Source: an uncultured Gemmataceae bacterium (lineage in GTDB: Bacteria; Planctomycetota; Planctomycetia; Gemmatales; Gemmataceae). From it: a stretch of 64,000 nt of DNA. Position numbers and translations under genes: made by a program. Positions within the stretch are counted from its first letter, which is position 1. The number at the start of each line of letters is the position of its first letter. The notes beneath the pieces were generated by a model that made no database searches, was not told the DNA's origin, and saw nothing but the letters and a program-made list of their open reading frames with translations. Location of the stretch: assembly GCA_963750165.1 (NCBI GenBank), contig CAVVPN010000004.1:576001-640000 (forward strand), in the 5' to 3' direction. Shown in pieces: positions 30,188 through 39,865 of this stretch.

Positions 30188-31594
30188 TCACGGGGGCGAG
30201 GTGGGCAGGATTTCTTCGTATTCGGAGCTGTCCTCGTGCTCACCAACGCGCGCCGGCACAATGACGAGGTCATCGTTCATTTCGCCGCGCGTGAACAGCT
30301 TGCGGAACTTGGTGATGAACAGCCCCGCCTGCACGTGGCCGGTCAACTCCTGCAGCCGGCGCACGTCCTCATCGGGGGCGTGCCGCACCAGGAAGCCGAT
30401 GGGCCGGTCCTTGTGGGCCTTGTTGAGCCGTGCCTGGATCACCTTGATGACGGCCTGGGCGCGCTTCGCAGCGCGCATGTCGGCTTTGGTGAAGCCCTCA
30501 TCGACATTCGGAACGCGCTCCGAATAGGGGGCGTCGCCGCGCAGCACCTTGACGTCGGTGTCGGTCAGCCGACGCGCCCATTCCATCGTGGTCATGACGT
30601 GGCCCTGCTTGTTCGGCTGGGGCCGCTGGCCGGCGATGAAGGTGAAGCCGAGGTCCTGGCCGCGCTTGAGCAGCTGGGGCGTCTGTTGTGCGATGGCCTT
30701 GAGCCAGTCGGCGCCCTTGCCGGGCAGGCCGCCGGGCGTGCAACCGCTGGCCGCTTGCAACATCGGCACCCACTGATACTGGTAAGACATGTCGCCCTGG
30801 AGATCGACCTTGAACGGCGCCTGCACGTAGAACAGCGCCTCGGTCTTGTCCTTGACGGAAATCTGCGTGATCTTCAGCGGATAAACCAGCTTATCCGAGG
30901 CGAACTGGAAGCGCGTCGGCGTCACTTCTCCCGCATAGCTGCCGTCCTTGTTCTTCTTCATCTGCATGGTGTCGATCTTCATGACCGTGAACACCCACTT
31001 CTTCTGCACGTAATGGTTCAGCGTCGCCTCGTCGCCGGCGTAGCTGTACTTGTGCGCCTTCAGCCACGCGAACAGCGCATCCGCCCGGTTGGCCTCGATG
31101 ATCTTGTAATCCAGGGAGCCGACCACGCCGGTCTCCAGCACCACCACCGCGGGCCGGGGCGGCGCTTCCTTGCTCGGCTCACCTTTGTCGTCCTTGGCGG
31201 GGCTCTTTGCGGACTTCTCGTTTCGCTCCTGGAGACGGCGATTCAGCCAGAGCAGTTTCGATTGCGGGAACTCGCGCCGCTTCATGATCGAGTACACCGC
31301 GAGGTGCTTGAAGAAGTCGCGCGGCATCTCGTGCAACTTCGGCTGCGTCGGCGTCGGGATGACCATGCCGAAGTCCAGGGCGTTGCCCTCGAACTTGGGC
31401 TGCACCGTGAAGCTCTCCAGCTTCTTGGCCGGGTCCCAGGTGATGAACACCTTCTGCGCCGGCTGCAGGATGTCCGCGTTCTGCGCCGAGAAGTAGCAGC
31501 ACGCCGCGTCCGCCGTCGAGGGCAGAGCCAGGCCCAGGACCACCGCCACCGCCAGCAGCCAGCGTCGGCCGCCACGGGTCGTGTCACACCGCAT
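30188..31594 (-). CDS. Secreted DUF2330-like protein, copy A (468 aa)
   Basis: Same core; most divergent copy. Confidence 0.8.
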   Translation of the reverse strand: MRCDTTRGGRRWLLAVAVVLGLALPSTADAACCYFSAQNADILQPAQKVFITWDPAKKLESFTVQPKFEGNALDFGMVIPTPTQPKLHEMPRDFFKHLAVYSIMKRREFPQSKLLWLNRRLQERNEKSAKSPAKDDKGEPSKEAPPRPAVVVLETGVVGSLDYKIIEANRADALFAWLKAHKYSYAGDEATLNHYVQKKWVFTVMKIDTMQMKKNKDGSYAGEVTPTRFQFASDKLVYPLKITQISVKDKTEALFYVQAPFKVDLQGDMSYQYQWVPMLQAASGCTPGGLPGKGADWLKAIAQQTPQLLKRGQDLGFTFIAGQRPQPNKQGHVMTTMEWARRLTDTDVKVLRGDAPYSERVPNVDEGFTKADMRAAKRAQAVIKVIQARLNKAHKDRPIGFLVRHAPDEDVRRLQELTGHVQAGLFITKFRKLFTRGEMNDDLVIVPARVGEHEDSSEYEEILPTSPP

Positions 31595-31696
31595 CGTGGG
31601 CTCCCTTGTGAGTGAAGGATTGTTCAGAAGTTTCTCTGATGGTAACCCAGGTATCCCTAAGACGAAAGATAGTTCCCCCTGGATTGCCGGATTCGC

Positions 31697-33088
31697 TCAG
31701 AACTCCGCGTTGCCCGGCGTGCGCGGGAACGGAATCACGTCGCGAATGTTGCCCAGTCCCGTCAGGAACAGCAGCGTCCGCTCCAGCCCCAGCCCGAACC
31801 CGGCGTGCGGCACCGTGCCGTACTTGCGCAAGTCCAGATACCACCAGTACGCCTCCGGGTCGAGCTTCTGCTCGCGCATCCGCTGCTCCAGCACGTCCAG
31901 CCGCTCCTCACGCTGACTGCCGCCGATGATCTCGCCCACCCCCGGCACCAGCACGTCCATCGCCCGCACCGTCTTGCCGTCGTCGTTCACGCGCATGTAG
32001 AACGGCTTCAATGTTCGTGGATAGTTGTACAGGATCACCGGCTTCTGAAACTTCTTCTCCGTCAGGTAGCGTTCGTGCTCGGCCTGCAGGTCGCAGCCCC
32101 ACTCCACCGGGAACTCGAACGTCTCACCGGACTGCTTCAACAGGTCGATGGCCTCGGTGTACGGCACCCGCAGAAATTCACTGGTCAGGATGGCCTCCAA
32201 CCGCGGCAGCACCGCCGCATCGACGCGCTCCTTGAAGAACTGCATGTCCTCGCCGCAGCGCTCCAGCGCATCCTTGATGATGCGCTTGATGAACGCCTCG
32301 GCCAGCGTCATGTTGTCGTCCAACTCGTAAAAGGCCATCTCCGGCTCGACCATCCAGAACTCGGCCAGGTGGCGGGTCGTGTTGGAGTTCTCGGCGCGGA
32401 AGGTTGGACCGAAGGTGTACACCTTGCCCAGGGCGCAGGCGAAAATTTCGGCCTGCAGCTGACCGCTGACGGTCAGGTAGGCCGGCTTGTTGAAAAAGTC
32501 CTGGCTGAAATCGACGGCCCCATCCTTGCGCGGCGGCTTGTCCAGGTCCAGCGTCGTCACCTTGAACATTTCGCCGGCGCCCTCGCAGTCGCTGGCGGTG
32601 ATGATCGGGGTGTGGATGTAAAGGAAACCGCGTTCCTGGAAGAAGTCGTGGATGGACTTGCTGACGCAGTTGCGCAGGCGGGCCACGGCGCCGAAGGTGT
32701 TGGTGCGCGGCCGCAGATGGGCCTTGGTGCGCAGGAATTCGTAAGAGTGGCCCTTCTTCTGCAGCGGATACGTCTCCGGGTCGGCGCCGCCGTGGACGGT
32801 GACGCTCTTCGCCAGCAGTTCCGTGGCCTGGCCCTTGGCCGGCGACTGGCGCACCTCGCCGGTGACGGTGACGCTGCTGCCGGTGGTGAGGTGCTTGACC
32901 GCGGTTTCGTAGTTGGGCAGCGTATTGTCGGCGACGACCTGCAGATTGCCCTGACTGGAGCCGTCGTTGAGTTCGAGGAAACTGAAACCGCCCTTGGAGT
33001 CGCGGCGCGTGCGCACCCAGCCCTGCACCTTGACCTGCCGGCCAATGCTCTCCGCCCGCCGCGCCGCGGCGACGCTGATGATGTCCAT
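31697..33088 (-). CDS. asnS: Asparagine-tRNA ligase
   Basis: OB-fold [54 protein letters not shown]. Confidence 0.97.
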   Translation of the reverse strand: MDIISVAAARRAESIGRQVKVQGWVRTRRDSKGGFSFLELNDGSSQGNLQVVADNTLPNYETAVKHLTTGSSVTVTGEVRQSPAKGQATELLAKSVTVHGGADPETYPLQKKGHSYEFLRTKAHLRPRTNTFGAVARLRNCVSKSIHDFFQERGFLYIHTPIITASDCEGAGEMFKVTTLDLDKPPRKDGAVDFSQDFFNKPAYLTVSGQLQAEIFACALGKVYTFGPTFRAENSNTTRHLAEFWMVEPEMAFYELDDNMTLAEAFIKRIIKDALERCGEDMQFFKERVDAAVLPRLEAILTSEFLRVPYTEAIDLLKQSGETFEFPVEWGCDLQAEHERYLTEKKFQKPVILYNYPRTLKPFYMRVNDDGKTVRAMDVLVPGVGEIIGGSQREERLDVLEQRMREQKLDPEAYWWYLDLRKYGTVPHAGFGLGLERTLLFLTGLGNIRDVIPFPRTPGNAEF

Positions 33089-33174
33089 GAGAGTCCCCTG
33101 CTGACTTGCCGATGGGAATCGATTCCGCAGGGGTCATTGTCGGCGCGGCGGGGCGGCGGGGCAACTCTTCGGTC

Positions 33175-33240
33175 TTGGTTCGTCGTTCCGCCTTCAGGCG
33201 GTCTTCGCTCCAACCGCCTGAAGGCGGAACGACGAACCAA
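33175..33240. repeat. REP-like doublet (half copy also at ~9793-9816)
   Basis: TTGGTTCGTCGTTCCGCCTTCAGGCGG...CCGCCTGAAGGCGGAACGACGAACCAA. Confidence 0.8.
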
Positions 33241-33246
33241 AACAGC

Positions 33247-34239
33247 TCAACCCGCTCCCAGTGCCTCGTCCCAGAACTGCATCGTGCCGTGGTGCAGGCG
33301 GGCACCGATCTGCGTGATGACCTTCATCGCCAGGAAGTTCGCCGCCCGCGCCGCTGGCGCTGGCGCCACCCCGTGCGTGACGCCGTACAGGAACGCTCCC
33401 GCGAACATGTCGCCGGCGCCCGTCAGGTCGCGCGGCTCACACGGGTACGCCGGCACATGGGTCTCGCTGCCGTCGTAGCGCACGAAGGCTCCGCCGGCAC
33501 CGGCCGTCACCACCGCGGCCGGCACCACCTCACGCAGTCGGGCGAACGCTTCCTCGGCAGTGTCGGCCTTCGTCACGGCGCGGGCCTCGCTCTCGTTGCA
33601 GAACAGCAGGTCCGCCTTGATGAGCGCTTCAAAGAAGGCGTCGCGGAACACCTCCACGACGAACGCCTCCGAACAGGTGAGCGCCACCTTGACGCCGTGC
33701 TGGCGGGCGATGCGCATCGCCTCACGGATGGCCCCCTGACCGGTCTGCGGGTTGGCGAAGACGTAGCCCTCAATGAACAGCCAGTCGGCGTTCTGGATGA
33801 CGTGCTCGTCCACGTGCCGCGCGGCGAGGTGGCTGGACACCGCCAAACAGGTACGCATGGTGCGCTCGGCGTCCGGCGTGATGACGCAGACGCAGGTGCC
33901 GGTCGTCTCCTCGACGATGTTGGCGTTCACGAAGTCGATGCCAAGTTCGTCGAACTCGGTCTTGTAGAACAGGCCATAGCGGTCGTCGCCAACGCAGCCG
34001 ATGAAGCCGGCTTGGCCGCCGAGCTGCGAAAACGCGATGGTCGAGTTGGCCACGCTGCCGCCGCTGACCAGGCGCGGTTCGCGGCCGTGGAAGCGGTCGA
34101 GCAACTGCCGCTGTTCGGCCGACTCGACCAGGCGCATGGTGCCGCGCTCGAAGCCCAGGGCGGCGAACTCCGCGTCGGAGACCTCCACGAAGATGTCCAC
34201 GATGGCGTTGCCCAGACCGCAGAGCTGCAATTCTTTCAT
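33247..34239 (-). CDS. PfkB-family (adenosine-type) kinase
   Basis: GNAIVD, SGGSVAN, G.VGDD.YG, FCNESEA, DLTGAGDMFAGAF. Confidence 0.92.
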   Translation of the reverse strand: MKELQLCGLGNAIVDIFVEVSDAEFAALGFERGTMRLVESAEQRQLLDRFHGREPRLVSGGSVANSTIAFSQLGGQAGFIGCVGDDRYGLFYKTEFDELGIDFVNANIVEETTGTCVCVITPDAERTMRTCLAVSSHLAARHVDEHVIQNADWLFIEGYVFANPQTGQGAIREAMRIARQHGVKVALTCSEAFVVEVFRDAFFEALIKADLLFCNESEARAVTKADTAEEAFARLREVVPAAVVTAGAGGAFVRYDGSETHVPAYPCEPRDLTGAGDMFAGAFLYGVTHGVAPAPAARAANFLAMKVITQIGARLHHGTMQFWDEALGAG

Positions 34240-34285
34240 GGCGTCTCCCCCAGTGCGCATCGCGGTCGGGTGTAGCGGTCTGTTC

Positions 34286-34400
34286 GTAGCGGAAGTCGCC
34301 AGACTTCCGTAGCGGCTTCGGAAGTCTGGCGACTTCCGCTACCCCCAAACGCCAACCGCTCCAGCCTCTTCCGTGGGGCAGACAGGAATGTCTGCCCCAC
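34286..34400. repeat. Family B GTAG REP doublet (34286-34342) plus a GTGG-type palindrome (34372-34400)
   Basis: GTAGCGGAAGTCGCCAGACTTCC...GGAAGTCTGGCGACTTCCGCTAC; GTGGGGCAGACAGGAATGTCTGCCCCAC. Confidence 0.8.
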
Positions 34401-34442
34401 GAAAAGAACCACAGACAACATAGTGAAGCGCCGCGGCGGCGG

Positions 34443-34958
34443 TCAGGCGGGGCTGGCGTCGGCCTCAGGCGGGGGAGTGGCGGCGGGGTCGGGCGGCTTG
34501 ACGGCGGCGCGGCCCTCGACCAGCGTCAGCGTCACGCCCTCCTGTACCACCTTGCCGTGCTGGTTGACCACCTGCCGCTGCCAGGTGATGATGCCGCGCC
34601 GGCCGCGGCGCGCCCGGCTCTCCTTGGCGAGGATCTTGCAGCGCACGCGGATGGTGTCGCCGACAAAGACCGTTTCCTTGAACGTCCACTCGCGGATGCT
34701 GAGGAACGCCAGCGTGCGCATCGGCGGCGCGTTCATGGTCAGGCCGCTGCCGATGGCCCAGATGAGCAGGCCGTGCGCCACCGGGCGGCGGAACGGCGTC
34801 GTTTTGGCGAACTCGTGATCGACGTGGATGGGGTTGAAGTCGCCACTCAGGCCGGCAAAGTTGACGATGTCAGTCTCGGTGACGGTGCGGCCGAGCGACT
34901 CCCACTCCTGGCCGACTGCCACGTCGTCGAAGAACAGGTGGAGGTTGGTGAACGCCAT
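34443..34958 (-). CDS. MaoC-family dehydratase
   Basis: RTVTETDIVNFAGLSGDFNPIHVD, VAHG, VFVGDTI. Confidence 0.92.
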   Translation of the reverse strand: MAFTNLHLFFDDVAVGQEWESLGRTVTETDIVNFAGLSGDFNPIHVDHEFAKTTPFRRPVAHGLLIWAIGSGLTMNAPPMRTLAFLSIREWTFKETVFVGDTIRVRCKILAKESRARRGRRGIITWQRQVVNQHGKVVQEGVTLTLVEGRAAVKPPDPAATPPPEADASPA

Positions 34959-35036
34959 CGCTTGATTCCAGGAACGCGGACAGCGAATCTCCTGGTGCGA
35001 GTGTACAAAAACCGGCCGTCCGGTCGCAAGCCGTTC

Positions 35037-35813
35037 CTACGCGGCGGGAGTCGCCACCCCCTCCACGAACGGGCAGTACACCCGAAAGCCGAGCCGCTCA
35101 TACACCCGGCGGGCGGTCGCGTTCGCCTGGACCACGTTGAGCGCGATCGTCGGCAGGCCGCGCCGCAGTAGCTCCGCGACGACCGCGGCGGTGACACGGC
35201 TGGCCAGGCCACGGCCGCGGCGGTCGCGCCGCGTATAAATGCAGCCGACCGCGGCGACGCCCTCCTGCGGCACCACCAGATGCGTCCCCGCCGCCGCGAT
35301 CAACTCCGGCCCTTCGCGGACACCGAAGAAGACGCCCTCGGCCAGCATGTCCGGGACGAAGGCATCCGGGGCCTCGCCGCTGGCGTCCCCGTCCGCGAAC
35401 AACCGTCGCAGCGCGTCCAGGTCCGCCGGCCCCAGCGGCGCCGCGCCGGCCAGGTCGCCGGGCACAAACGCGGTCGGGTCGAGCGCCATCCGCAACATGG
35501 GCTTCAGGTGCGAGCAGTCGTACCGCGGCGCCAGCAGCGGCACCATGTCCGGCCGCACTTGCAGGTTGAGTGGCAGGGCGGCGTCGATCTCGTGAAGCAG
35601 CGGCGCGAGGCGTTCCGGCGGCCCGAGCGCGAACAGCACCGGCGGCGTGAACGCCTGGAAGAGTAACAGCAGTGCCGCGGGTTCGCCTGGGGAGTGGAAC
35701 CAACGGCAGTGCGGGAAAAAGCCCGGCGCAAGGTCGCCGAGCGCGTACACGGACCAGGGGCGGTCGGTTTCCAGCAGGGCGCGGAGGGCGGCCGGGTCGT
35801 GCAGTGGAGGCAT
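35037..35813 (-). CDS. GNAT acetyltransferase (C-terminal FR47-like domain)
   Basis: IYTRRDRRGRGLA, LNV..AN..ARRVYERLGF. Confidence 0.85.
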   Translation of the reverse strand: MPPLHDPAALRALLETDRPWSVYALGDLAPGFFPHCRWFHSPGEPAALLLLFQAFTPPVLFALGPPERLAPLLHEIDAALPLNLQVRPDMVPLLAPRYDCSHLKPMLRMALDPTAFVPGDLAGAAPLGPADLDALRRLFADGDASGEAPDAFVPDMLAEGVFFGVREGPELIAAAGTHLVVPQEGVAAVGCIYTRRDRRGRGLASRVTAAVVAELLRRGLPTIALNVVQANATARRVYERLGFRVYCPFVEGVATPAA

Positions 35814-35828
35814 ACCTGTCTCGGGGCG

Positions 35829-36236
35829 TTATTCCCGTGGGCCTTTTTTCTTGAGCGCCCGTGGGGTGATCTGACTGATGGCGTAGGCAGCCCAGCGTCG
35901 CACTTCCGGGTCTTGGTCCTCCAGCAGCCGGGTCAGGCCCGGCAGCGCCTCGACGTGACGGCGGCCGTGGGTGCCCATGCTGCCAATGATCCGGGCCGCC
36001 TGGGCGCGCAGTTCCTTGTCGCGATGCTTGAACAGGTCGAGCAACGCCGGCAGCGCTCGCTTATCCAGGTCGCACAGGGCGCTGGCCGCGGAACTGCGCA
36101 CGCGGTCATCGGAATCTTTCAACGCCTTGATAAGGGCGGGAACCGCTTTGTCCAGTTCGTCACCGCTCGCTTGCCCGGCGGCCGGGACGGGCATCAGGGC
36201 CAGCAACGGCAGAACGCTCCACAGGCGCATGGGCAA
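35829..36236 (-). CDS. Small exported HEAT-repeat protein
   Basis: Signal peptide; AVPALIKALKDSDDRVRSSAASAL and two further repeats. Confidence 0.8.
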   Translation of the reverse strand: MPMRLWSVLPLLALMPVPAAGQASGDELDKAVPALIKALKDSDDRVRSSAASALCDLDKRALPALLDLFKHRDKELRAQAARIIGSMGTHGRRHVEALPGLTRLLEDQDPEVRRWAAYAISQITPRALKKKGPRE

Positions 36237-36307
36237 TCCCTCCAGAGTTGACGTGAGTTACCGATCCTCCGTCGATTACAGCCGAACGCGACCGTTCCGG
36301 CAAGTCG

Positions 36308-37144
36308 TCACTCCACAAACTCCACCGCCACCGGCTTCGGAATGATGCCCGCCCGGTGGCCTTCCTCCAGCAAGCGGCGCACCGCCGCGCGGCCGCGCGG
36401 CCCGTAGTCCAGCGTCCAGTCATTGACGTACATGCCGACGAACTGGTCCGCCAGTGACACATCCATGTCGCGCGCATACTTCAAGGCGTACTGCAGGGCG
36501 TCCTGGCGGTGGGCCAGGGCGTAGCGGATGCTCTCCTTGAGCAGCCGGCTGATGTCGCGGATGGTGGCATCGCCGAGGTTGCGGCGCACGACGTTGCCGC
36601 CGAGCGGCAGCGGCAGCCCGGTCTGCTCCTGCCACCATACGCCAAGGTCTACGATCAACCGCAGCCCCTGGTTCTGAAACGTCAACTGGCCCTCGTGGAT
36701 AATCAGGCCGGCGTCGAAGCGGCCCGACGCCACGGCGTCAATGATCTGGTCGAACGGCACCACCTCATACGCGAACTCCCCGGCGCACAGTCGCAGCGTC
36801 AGGAACGCGGTGGTCAGCGTGCCCGGCACGGCGACGCGCACTGCGGGCAGGTCGCCGATGGTCAGCGGCCGGCGGGCGACGACCATGGGGCCGTAGCGGT
36901 CGCCCATGCTGCAACCGCTCGGCAGCAGGGCGTAGCGCTCCAGCAGGTGGGCGTAGGCGTGAATGCTGACAGCGGTCACCTCCAGCTCGCCGCGCAAAGC
37001 TCGGCGGTTGAGCGTCTCGATGTCCTGGAGTTCGTGGCGGAATTGCAGATTTCCGGTATCGATTTTGTCGTGGGCCAGGGCGTAGAACATGAAGGCGTCG
37101 TCGGGGTCGGGGCTGTGGCCGACGGTGATGAGTTGCTTGGCCAT
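36308..37144 (-). CDS. mqnD: 1,4-dihydroxy-6-naphthoate synthase (futalosine menaquinone pathway, MqnA/MqnD family)
   Basis: GHSPDPDDAFMF, DIETLN, G..YGP, PG.LTTA, LIIHEGQ, LPLPLG, YVND. Confidence 0.88.
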   Translation of the reverse strand: MAKQLITVGHSPDPDDAFMFYALAHDKIDTGNLQFRHELQDIETLNRRALRGELEVTAVSIHAYAHLLERYALLPSGCSMGDRYGPMVVARRPLTIGDLPAVRVAVPGTLTTAFLTLRLCAGEFAYEVVPFDQIIDAVASGRFDAGLIIHEGQLTFQNQGLRLIVDLGVWWQEQTGLPLPLGGNVVRRNLGDATIRDISRLLKESIRYALAHRQDALQYALKYARDMDVSLADQFVGMYVNDWTLDYGPRGRAAVRRLLEEGHRAGIIPKPVAVEFVE

Positions 37145-37216
37145 GTGCGATCCTTTCCGGTTGCGGTGCGGGCTATTGTACGGCCAGAGAACCGAAAAGA
37201 GACCGCCGAGCATAAC

Positions 37217-37333
37217 CAGAGGTCAGGGGTCAGGAGTCAGAGATCAGAGGTCAGAGGTCAGAGATCAAAACCGGAGTTCTGCCGCTTTCGGCCTGGCGCT
37301 GACCTCTGACCTCTGATTCCTGACTCCTGACTT
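37217..37333. repeat. Heptamer (TCAGAGG-like) inverted tandem repeat
   Basis: GTCAGAGG/GATCAGAG units on the left and CTGACCT/CTGACTC units on the right. Confidence 0.75.
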
Positions 37334-38257
37334 CTATTTCTGGTTCTTCAGCGTTCGGTCGAAGAACTCAACGACCGCCTGCCGCACCTCCGGCCCGCCC
37401 AGGCCATGGCCCAGGCCCTTGGCGACGTACAGCGTCACCGGCACGCCCGCCTTCTTCAGCGCCGCCTCCAGCAGTTCGCTCTGCTCCAGCGGCACCGTCG
37501 TGTCCTTGTCACCGTGGACGATCAGGAACGGCGGCGCGTCCTTGGTGATGTGCGTGATCGGGTTCGCCTGCTTCGCCAGCGCCTTCTTGTCCGCCACGGG
37601 ACCGCCCAGCAGCCTGGCGATCGAATTGTCCGGGTTCTTGTTTCGCGCAGCCAACTTCGCCAGGTCGATCGGGCCGCAGAAATCGCACACCGCCTGCACC
37701 TTGCTGGAGACGCCCTTGAACGGCCCCTTGGCGGCCACCTTCTCCTGGGCGCCGACCGTGCCCAGCAGCGCCACCAGATGACCGCCCGCCGACTCGCCCC
37801 AGACGCCAATGCGGTTCGGGTCGATGTTCAGCGCCTTGGCGTTCGCGCGCAGGTAGCGAATGGCGGTTCGGCAGTCCTCCAGCTGCGCCGGGAACTTCGC
37901 CTCCGCCGACAGCCGGTACTCGATGCTGGCGCCGACGAAGCCTTGCTTCACCAGCGGCAGCAACCGCGGCAGCCCGCTGTCACGATGGCCGCCCTGCCAG
38001 CCGCCGCCGTGAATCCACACCACCACCGGCCGCGGCGTCTTCGACTCCGCTTTCGGCAGCAGGATGTGCATCCGCAACGGCCGGCTGTTGCCGGTGCCGT
38101 ACTCCACGTCGCGGCGCAGTTCGACGCCTTCCGGGGCCACGAACGGCTTCGGCTGCTTTTTCTCCTGTGGCGGCTTCTTCTCCTGCGCCGCCGTTGGCAG
38201 CGCCGCCAGCGCCGCCAGTCCGGCCAGCACCACGCTCAACACGTCCAGTCGTCTCAT
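37334..38257 (-). CDS. Secreted alpha/beta hydrolase (esterase/lipase)
   Basis: Signal peptide; IHGGGW, GESAGG nucleophile elbow, HGDKDTTVP, GHG. Confidence 0.92.
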   Translation of the reverse strand: MRRLDVLSVVLAGLAALAALPTAAQEKKPPQEKKQPKPFVAPEGVELRRDVEYGTGNSRPLRMHILLPKAESKTPRPVVVWIHGGGWQGGHRDSGLPRLLPLVKQGFVGASIEYRLSAEAKFPAQLEDCRTAIRYLRANAKALNIDPNRIGVWGESAGGHLVALLGTVGAQEKVAAKGPFKGVSSKVQAVCDFCGPIDLAKLAARNKNPDNSIARLLGGPVADKKALAKQANPITHITKDAPPFLIVHGDKDTTVPLEQSELLEAALKKAGVPVTLYVAKGLGHGLGGPEVRQAVVEFFDRTLKNQK

Positions 38258-38384
38258 CGTCGGTCCTCCTGTGCTCGGGGTCGCCCCAACGGGGCCGCTC
38301 TTGACAGGCTGCATACGTCCTGCTCAGATTCAACACCAGCCGCGACCCGATGGCAAGCGCCCCGCGACGAAACAGGATTTGCCA

Positions 38385-39350
38385 ATGCCACCTGCCAGGA
38401 TCACCATCGTCATCCCCGCCGATGAGCCCGCCCAGTTGCAAGGCTCGCCGCACCTCGACCGCCTGCGCGCCCACGGCGAGGTCATCCTGCACGCTGACCG
38501 GCCCGCCGACGATGCGGAAAAAGTGCGGCGGCTGCGCGGCGCCCAGGTGCTCATCAACTCGCGCGGCTCCGTCAAGTGGCCCGGCGAGGTGCTACGGCAA
38601 CTGCCCGACCTGCGGTTGATCGCGAGTTGCGGCATCGGCACCGACGCCATCGACCTGGAGACCTGTCGCCGGCAGGGCATCGCCGTGTGCAACATCCCCG
38701 GCCGCACCGCCGGCATCGTTGCCGAGCACGCCCTGGCGCTGATGCTGGCCGTCGCCCGCCGCACAGCATTCCTGACCGACCAACTCCGCCGCGGCCGCTG
38801 GCAACCGGTGGACAGTGTGTACCTGCGCGGCAAGGTGCTGGGGCTGATCGGCGCCGGCAGCATCGCCGCGGAGATGGCCCGGCTCGGCGCCGCCATCGGC
38901 ATGCGCGTGCGGGCCTGGACGTACCGCTCCGACCCGGAGCGGGCTCAGCGGCTGGGCGTCGAATTCGTCGATCTGGACGAGTTGCTGCGCACGGCCGACG
39001 TGGTGAGCCTGCACCTGAAGTTGACGGAGCAGTCGCGGCGGTTGATCGGGGCGCGCGAGCTGGCGCTGATGAAGACGGGGGCGCTGCTGGTGAACACAGC
39101 GCGTGGCGGCCTGGTGGACACGGAAGCGCTGGCGGCGGCGCTGCAGTCGGGGCACCTGGGCGGGGCGGGGATTGACGTGTTCGAGGTGGAGCCGATTGGG
39201 GCGGAGCACCCGTTGCTGGCGTGTGCGCAGGTGGTGTTGACGCCGCACTGCGCGGACCAAACGCCCGAGGGCATGGAGTTGCTGAATGGGGGCGTCGTTG
39301 ACAACGTTATTGCGTTCCTGGAAGGCCGGCCGCAGAACCGCGTCGTTTGA
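38385..39350 (+). CDS. D-2-hydroxyacid dehydrogenase (phosphoglycerate dehydrogenase-like)
   Basis: GIGTDAID, VAEHALALML, GAGSIA, VNTARGGLVD, DVFEVEP, TPHCA. Confidence 0.9.
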   Translation: MPPARITIVIPADEPAQLQGSPHLDRLRAHGEVILHADRPADDAEKVRRLRGAQVLINSRGSVKWPGEVLRQLPDLRLIASCGIGTDAIDLETCRRQGIAVCNIPGRTAGIVAEHALALMLAVARRTAFLTDQLRRGRWQPVDSVYLRGKVLGLIGAGSIAAEMARLGAAIGMRVRAWTYRSDPERAQRLGVEFVDLDELLRTADVVSLHLKLTEQSRRLIGARELALMKTGALLVNTARGGLVDTEALAAALQSGHLGGAGIDVFEVEPIGAEHPLLACAQVVLTPHCADQTPEGMELLNGGVVDNVIAFLEGRPQNRVV

Positions 39351-39492
39351 CGTGTCGGCGGTGCATCCGGCAGGGCTGACAGGATCGGAGCATCTTGGAT
39401 GGCTGGCCGCCGTGGAGCCAGCGGAGGCGCTGGAGCGGGCGGGCGCAGAACGCCGATGGTTTTCTCCGGTCAATGTGGACACGGAGGAAGGC

Positions 39493-39792
39493 ATGTTCGA
39501 CGAGTTGGAGCCGCTGCGCGACCGTGATTTGCTGGAGTTGCTGGCCCACTACGCCGAGCGGGCCGAGCCGGATCGCGAAGCGTGGCAGGACCGCGTGATG
39601 GCGCGGGAGGGCGTCGAGGCACGCCAGTTGGCGCGGCTGCACGGGGCGCTGATCGCGGCCGGCTGGGTGGAGCAGAACACCGGCGTGGCGTCGGCGGGCA
39701 AGGTGGGGGCGGCGTGCTACCGGGTCACGAGCACCGGCCAGAAGGCGCTGAAGCGAGTCCGTGCGGAGTGTGTCGCCGATGTGGCGAGCTAA
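39493..39792 (+). CDS. Small hypothetical protein, possibly winged-helix
   Basis: GGAGG RBS; LARLHGALIAAGWVEQ...CYRVTSTGQKAL. Confidence 0.6.
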   Translation: MFDELEPLRDRDLLELLAHYAERAEPDREAWQDRVMAREGVEARQLARLHGALIAAGWVEQNTGVASAGKVGAACYRVTSTGQKALKRVRAECVADVAS

Positions 39793-39865
39793 CACCCACC
39801 GCGGCGACGGAATCGCGTTGGATGCCTGTTCCCCCAATTCCCGGCGCTTGAGCACTGCCCAGCGC

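Noticed and set aside
25730..31594. Diversity-generating retroelement or shufflon behind the variable loops
   Set aside because: No reverse transcriptase, template repeat or recombinase in the window; differences are not adenine-specific; each copy is a complete gene
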